A stretch of 20,000 bases of DNA from an uncultured virus (IMG/VR IMGVR_UViG_2706794599_000005). Its lineage: Duplodnaviria > Heunggongvirae > Uroviricota > Caudoviricetes. Below the pieces are notes generated by a model. It did no database searches. It was not told where the DNA came from and was given only the letters and a program-made list of their open reading frames with translations. Made by a program: the position numbers and the translations under genes. Positions within the stretch are counted from its first letter, which is position 1. Each line of letters opens with the position of its first letter. Positions 17,185 through 20,000 of the stretch are shown piece by piece. Where the stretch lies: IMG/VR virus record IMGVR_UViG_2706794599_000005; one strand, given 5' to 3'.

Positions 17185-17874
17185 ATGGACCAGGACCGTA
17201 TCCTCGACAAGATCAAGAAGTGCCTGGAAATGGCCAAGGGGCGGGGTTCCAACCCGAACGAGGCCGAGATCGCGCTGCGTCATGCCCACAAACTGATGGA
17301 AGCCTACAACCTGGAGATGGGCGACGTGCTGGCCAGCATGGCTGGCGAGGCCAGGGTTCCCGCCGGCTCAGATGGAAAACCGCCGGCCTGGCGGGTGCGC
17401 CTCGCTCAAGTGTGCTGCCATGCCTTCGGCACGCACCTGATCATCTGCACCTCCTATTTCGAAAGCGCTTCGTTCTTGTTCGTCGGCTGCGCGGCGGCGC
17501 CGGAGCTGACCGGCTATGCCTACCAGGTGCTGGAGCGACAGCTGCAGAAGGCGCGCAAGGACTTCCTGAGCACGCAGAAACGCTGCAAGCGGTCCACCAA
17601 AGTAGCCCGTGGAGATGCCTTCGCGCATGGATGGATCGAGGCCGTGTACGCCAAGGTCGACCAGTTCGCGGGCGTCGACGACAACATCGCCGACGCGATC
17701 CAGGCGTACATGGCGAAGCACCACGCTGACGTCGGCAAGTTCGAGATGAAGCGCCGCAAGCTCAAGGCACGTGACGAAGTGGCCAGTGAAGCGGGGTATG
17801 CCGCGGGCAAGTGCGCGCGGCTGCACCAGGGGATCGGGCACCAGGCCGTGGCTCGGCTTACTCAGGGGGTATGA
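17185..17874 (+). CDS. DUF2786-domain protein (229 aa)
   Basis: ILDKIKKCLEMA...NPNEAEIALRHAHKLMEAYNL N-terminal motif. Confidence 0.82.
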   Translation: MDQDRILDKIKKCLEMAKGRGSNPNEAEIALRHAHKLMEAYNLEMGDVLASMAGEARVPAGSDGKPPAWRVRLAQVCCHAFGTHLIICTSYFESASFLFVGCAAAPELTGYAYQVLERQLQKARKDFLSTQKRCKRSTKVARGDAFAHGWIEAVYAKVDQFAGVDDNIADAIQAYMAKHHADVGKFEMKRRKLKARDEVASEAGYAAGKCARLHQGIGHQAVARLTQGV

Positions 17875-17875
17875 G

Positions 17876-18067
17876 ATGTCGCAATCCAATCCGTTCATCC
17901 GTCCTGACAAGGACTACGGTGCAGTGAGTGCTGATGATCGGCTGCGCGCTCTGGAAAGCTTCGATCTAGAGCAATGCCGTGCTGCGCTCTCGGTACCCGG
18001 TCTGCAGAAGACCGTCGAGAAGAAGCTGCACAGCCGCATTCGACAGCTCAACAAGGAGGCCAGGTGA
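17876..18067 (+). CDS. Hypothetical protein (63 aa)
   Basis: Fills the operon gap exactly; TGATG coupling to the next gene. Confidence 0.62.
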   Translation: MSQSNPFIRPDKDYGAVSADDRLRALESFDLEQCRAALSVPGLQKTVEKKLHSRIRQLNKEAR

Positions 18068-18534
18068 TGGAGCGCTACCACTCAACGGCCGGCGATCCAC
18101 CTCGGCGTGATGCTGACGTAAAGCGGCAGGAGGCCCAGGAGCTGGACGAACTGGTTCAGCAGTTCCTGGCCGGCGGCGGGCAGATCGAGAAAGTCGGGTA
18201 CAAGATGCGCGAGCTGCCGGACACTTTCGTCATCAATCCCATGAAGACGCCGGTATACAACGGAGCCCTGGCCGAGAATTCGTCGCTCAAAGCGAAGCCT
18301 GCCGCGCCACGTACGCAAGCCAAGACCGAGCCCCAGCGCTCCCCAGCGCCCTTGCCGGCTTTACAGCCGGCTCCTGGCGTGAACCCGAAGGTCTGGTTGA
18401 GCCGGATGATCAAAGCCCAGGCGCTGCTGGCTGCGCAGACGGCCAGGCTCGCTCGCGAATTGGGCGTCAGCGATGCTGAGCTGCGCCGGCTGGGGCGTCG
18501 GCATGGCATGGAGGTGTTCCATGGCACTCGCTAG
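18067..18534 (+). CDS. Protein with a SutA-like RNA-polymerase-binding motif and C-terminal HTH-like segment (155 aa)
   Basis: KRQEAQELDELVQQFLAGGGQIEKV; AAGGAGG RBS; LARELGVSDAELRRLGRRHG. Confidence 0.65.
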   Translation: MERYHSTAGDPPRRDADVKRQEAQELDELVQQFLAGGGQIEKVGYKMRELPDTFVINPMKTPVYNGALAENSSLKAKPAAPRTQAKTEPQRSPAPLPALQPAPGVNPKVWLSRMIKAQALLAAQTARLARELGVSDAELRRLGRRHGMEVFHGTR

Positions 18535-19087
18535 GGGGCTGCTCAGCAAGATCCACATCGCTCGTCAGCAGCTCGGCCTGCAGGACGATGTCTATCGGCA
18601 GAAGCTGCAGGTGATGTTCGGCAAGGGGTCGGCGCGGGATCTCAACCTGCGCCAGGCTGAGCAGTTGCTGACCGAGTTCAAGCGCCTGGGCTGGCAGCCA
18701 CAGCCCAGCAAGCGAGCAGCCGGCAAGCCGCACAATTGGCGGCAACTGCCAGCGGAGGTCGAGGTGATCGAGGCTCAACTTACCAACATGGGGCTGCCTT
18801 GGAGCTACGCCGATGCGATCGCCAAACGCCAGTTTGGCGTAGCCAAAGTGGCCTGGCTGAAGAAGCCTGAACAGCTCAAAGCGGTGTTGGCTGCCCTGCA
18901 TGTTGAGCAGGAGAAGCGCGGGCTTTTGGGTAACGTGGAGGAACTGCTCAAGCTGCTCGGCGAGCATGATCCAAACTGGAGGGTGGATCTGGAACACCTG
19001 CCCAAAGGCTGGGAGCGGCGACGTCCAATTCTCAAGAGCCTGGTCGAAACACTGCGTGCAGCAGCGTCTGCTCGGGGGCTCTTGTAA
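18521..19087 (+). CDS. gemA: GemA / Mu gp16 family protein (DUF1018, 188 aa)
   Basis: LLSKIHIARQQLGLQDDVYRQKL..GKGSARDL motif; GGAGG RBS. Confidence 0.85.
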   Translation: MALARGLLSKIHIARQQLGLQDDVYRQKLQVMFGKGSARDLNLRQAEQLLTEFKRLGWQPQPSKRAAGKPHNWRQLPAEVEVIEAQLTNMGLPWSYADAIAKRQFGVAKVAWLKKPEQLKAVLAALHVEQEKRGLLGNVEELLKLLGEHDPNWRVDLEHLPKGWERRRPILKSLVETLRAAASARGLL

Positions 19088-19635
19088 TGCAATTGCAGTG
19101 CCCCTGCTGCGGTGAGCAGTTTCCGGTAGAGGCCGGGTTCGCAGATACCGACGGCAAGAGGCTGGCGGCGCTGTTTGCCGGCCTCGATCCGAAACTGGGC
19201 CGCGCAATACTCAATTACCTACGCCTGTTCAGTCCAGCCAAACGAGGCCTGCGCATGACGCGCGCCATAAAGCTTGTGGAGGAACTGCTCAACCTGGTCA
19301 ATACAGGCACAGTGCAAAAGGATGCCCGCTCCAACGACACCAAGCCGGCTTCGCCGCGTCTATGGACCACCGGTATCGAACAGATGATCACCGGCCGCGA
19401 GCGCCTGCAACTGCCGCTTGAGAACCACAACTACCTGCGCGCGGTGGTGTGGGGCCTGGCCAGTGATCCAGCGCAGGCTCTGGCCGCTTCCTCAAAGCGG
19501 CCGCAGGCCGGTGGACCCAGCACCCAGCAATTGCTCCAAGACCAAGTCGGTCGAATTCAGTCCGATATCGTGTTGGGGCTGATTACTAAAGAGGATGGAG
19601 AGCGCCAGATCGCGGCGCTGAAGGGGGGAGCATGA
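19087..19635 (+). CDS. Conserved Mu-like phage protein with N-terminal CPCC motif (182 aa)
   Basis: TAATG coupling; CPCCG, YLRLFSP and LPLENHNYL motifs. Confidence 0.72.
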   Translation: MQLQCPCCGEQFPVEAGFADTDGKRLAALFAGLDPKLGRAILNYLRLFSPAKRGLRMTRAIKLVEELLNLVNTGTVQKDARSNDTKPASPRLWTTGIEQMITGRERLQLPLENHNYLRAVVWGLASDPAQALAASSKRPQAGGPSTQQLLQDQVGRIQSDIVLGLITKEDGERQIAALKGGA

Positions 19636-20000
19636 AGCAGAGTTCGATTCTGGCGGAAACTCGCCATGAGCTGCTGGACGACATTGCGGCACATACAGCA
19701 ACAGTACTGTCTGAACATGGTATTGACGCTGGCCTGGCTGAACAGGCCGGCCATGCGGTAGCTGACCATCTGGCGAACCAGTGGCGTGGCGCCACGCTGT
19801 ACATCCCCTCCGACTATCGCCACCAGGTTACCAAGCGTGATCTCCAGATTCTCTCCGAGTTCAACGGACGAAACCATCACGCCCTGGCCCGGAAGTACGG
19901 ACTGACGCCCAGTTCTATATATAAGCTGTTAAAGCGTATTCAGGATCGTAAGTTCGAACGTGACCAGGGCAAACTGGACCTCGGCGACGGCCTGGCCTGA
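19632..20000 (+). CDS. mor: Mor/C family transcription activator (122 aa)
   Basis: WRGATLYIP...RDLQILSEFNGRNHHALARKYGLT..IYKLLKR motif. Confidence 0.9.
   Translation: MKQSSILAETRHELLDDIAAHTATVLSEHGIDAGLAEQAGHAVADHLANQWRGATLYIPSDYRHQVTKRDLQILSEFNGRNHHALARKYGLTPSSIYKLLKRIQDRKFERDQGKLDLGDGLA

Larger units (their letters stand above)
1..20000. mobile_element. Defective B3-like transposable (Mu-like) prophage; neither end is inside the window
   Basis: DDE transposase + AAA ATPase pair, GemA, Mor, divergent repressor/Ner switch, holin and siphophage tail-tip genes. Early and late operons point away from a central repressor, as in B3/BcepMu. Confidence 0.93.

Noticed and set aside
1..20000. CRISPR array, tRNA/rRNA, acr-aca locus, DGR or IS element
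   Set aside because: I saw no repeat-spacer pattern, RNA gene, reverse transcriptase or IS. The head region where D3112-type acr loci sit is absent.

Overview
GC-rich window from a transposable (Mu-like) prophage of the B3/BcepMu organisation, most likely in Pseudomonas aeruginosa (inferred from gene content and order). The right part (about 8.7-20 kb, + strand) is an apparently intact early/middle operon: Ner-like regulator, CII-like and IclR-type HTH proteins, MuA-type DDE transposase, MuB-like AAA ATPase, accessory genes, GemA and Mor. A divergent repressor operon (repressor, lipoprotein, orphan ORF) is controlled by two clear palindromic operators and a TTGACA-N17-CATTCT promoter. The left part (- strand) is a damaged late operon. 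The holin is joined directly to the last ~370 bp of the tape-measure gene, so endolysin, spanins, terminase, portal, capsid, neck and tail-tube genes are absent. That tape-measure remnant carries a 1-bp frameshift, and a 425-bp internal segment of a tail gene (4403-4827) is inverted. Overall it looks like a head-less 'mini-Mu' that keeps transposition, immunity, holin and most tail-tip genes. Product names come from recalled family motifs and synteny, not from database searches.
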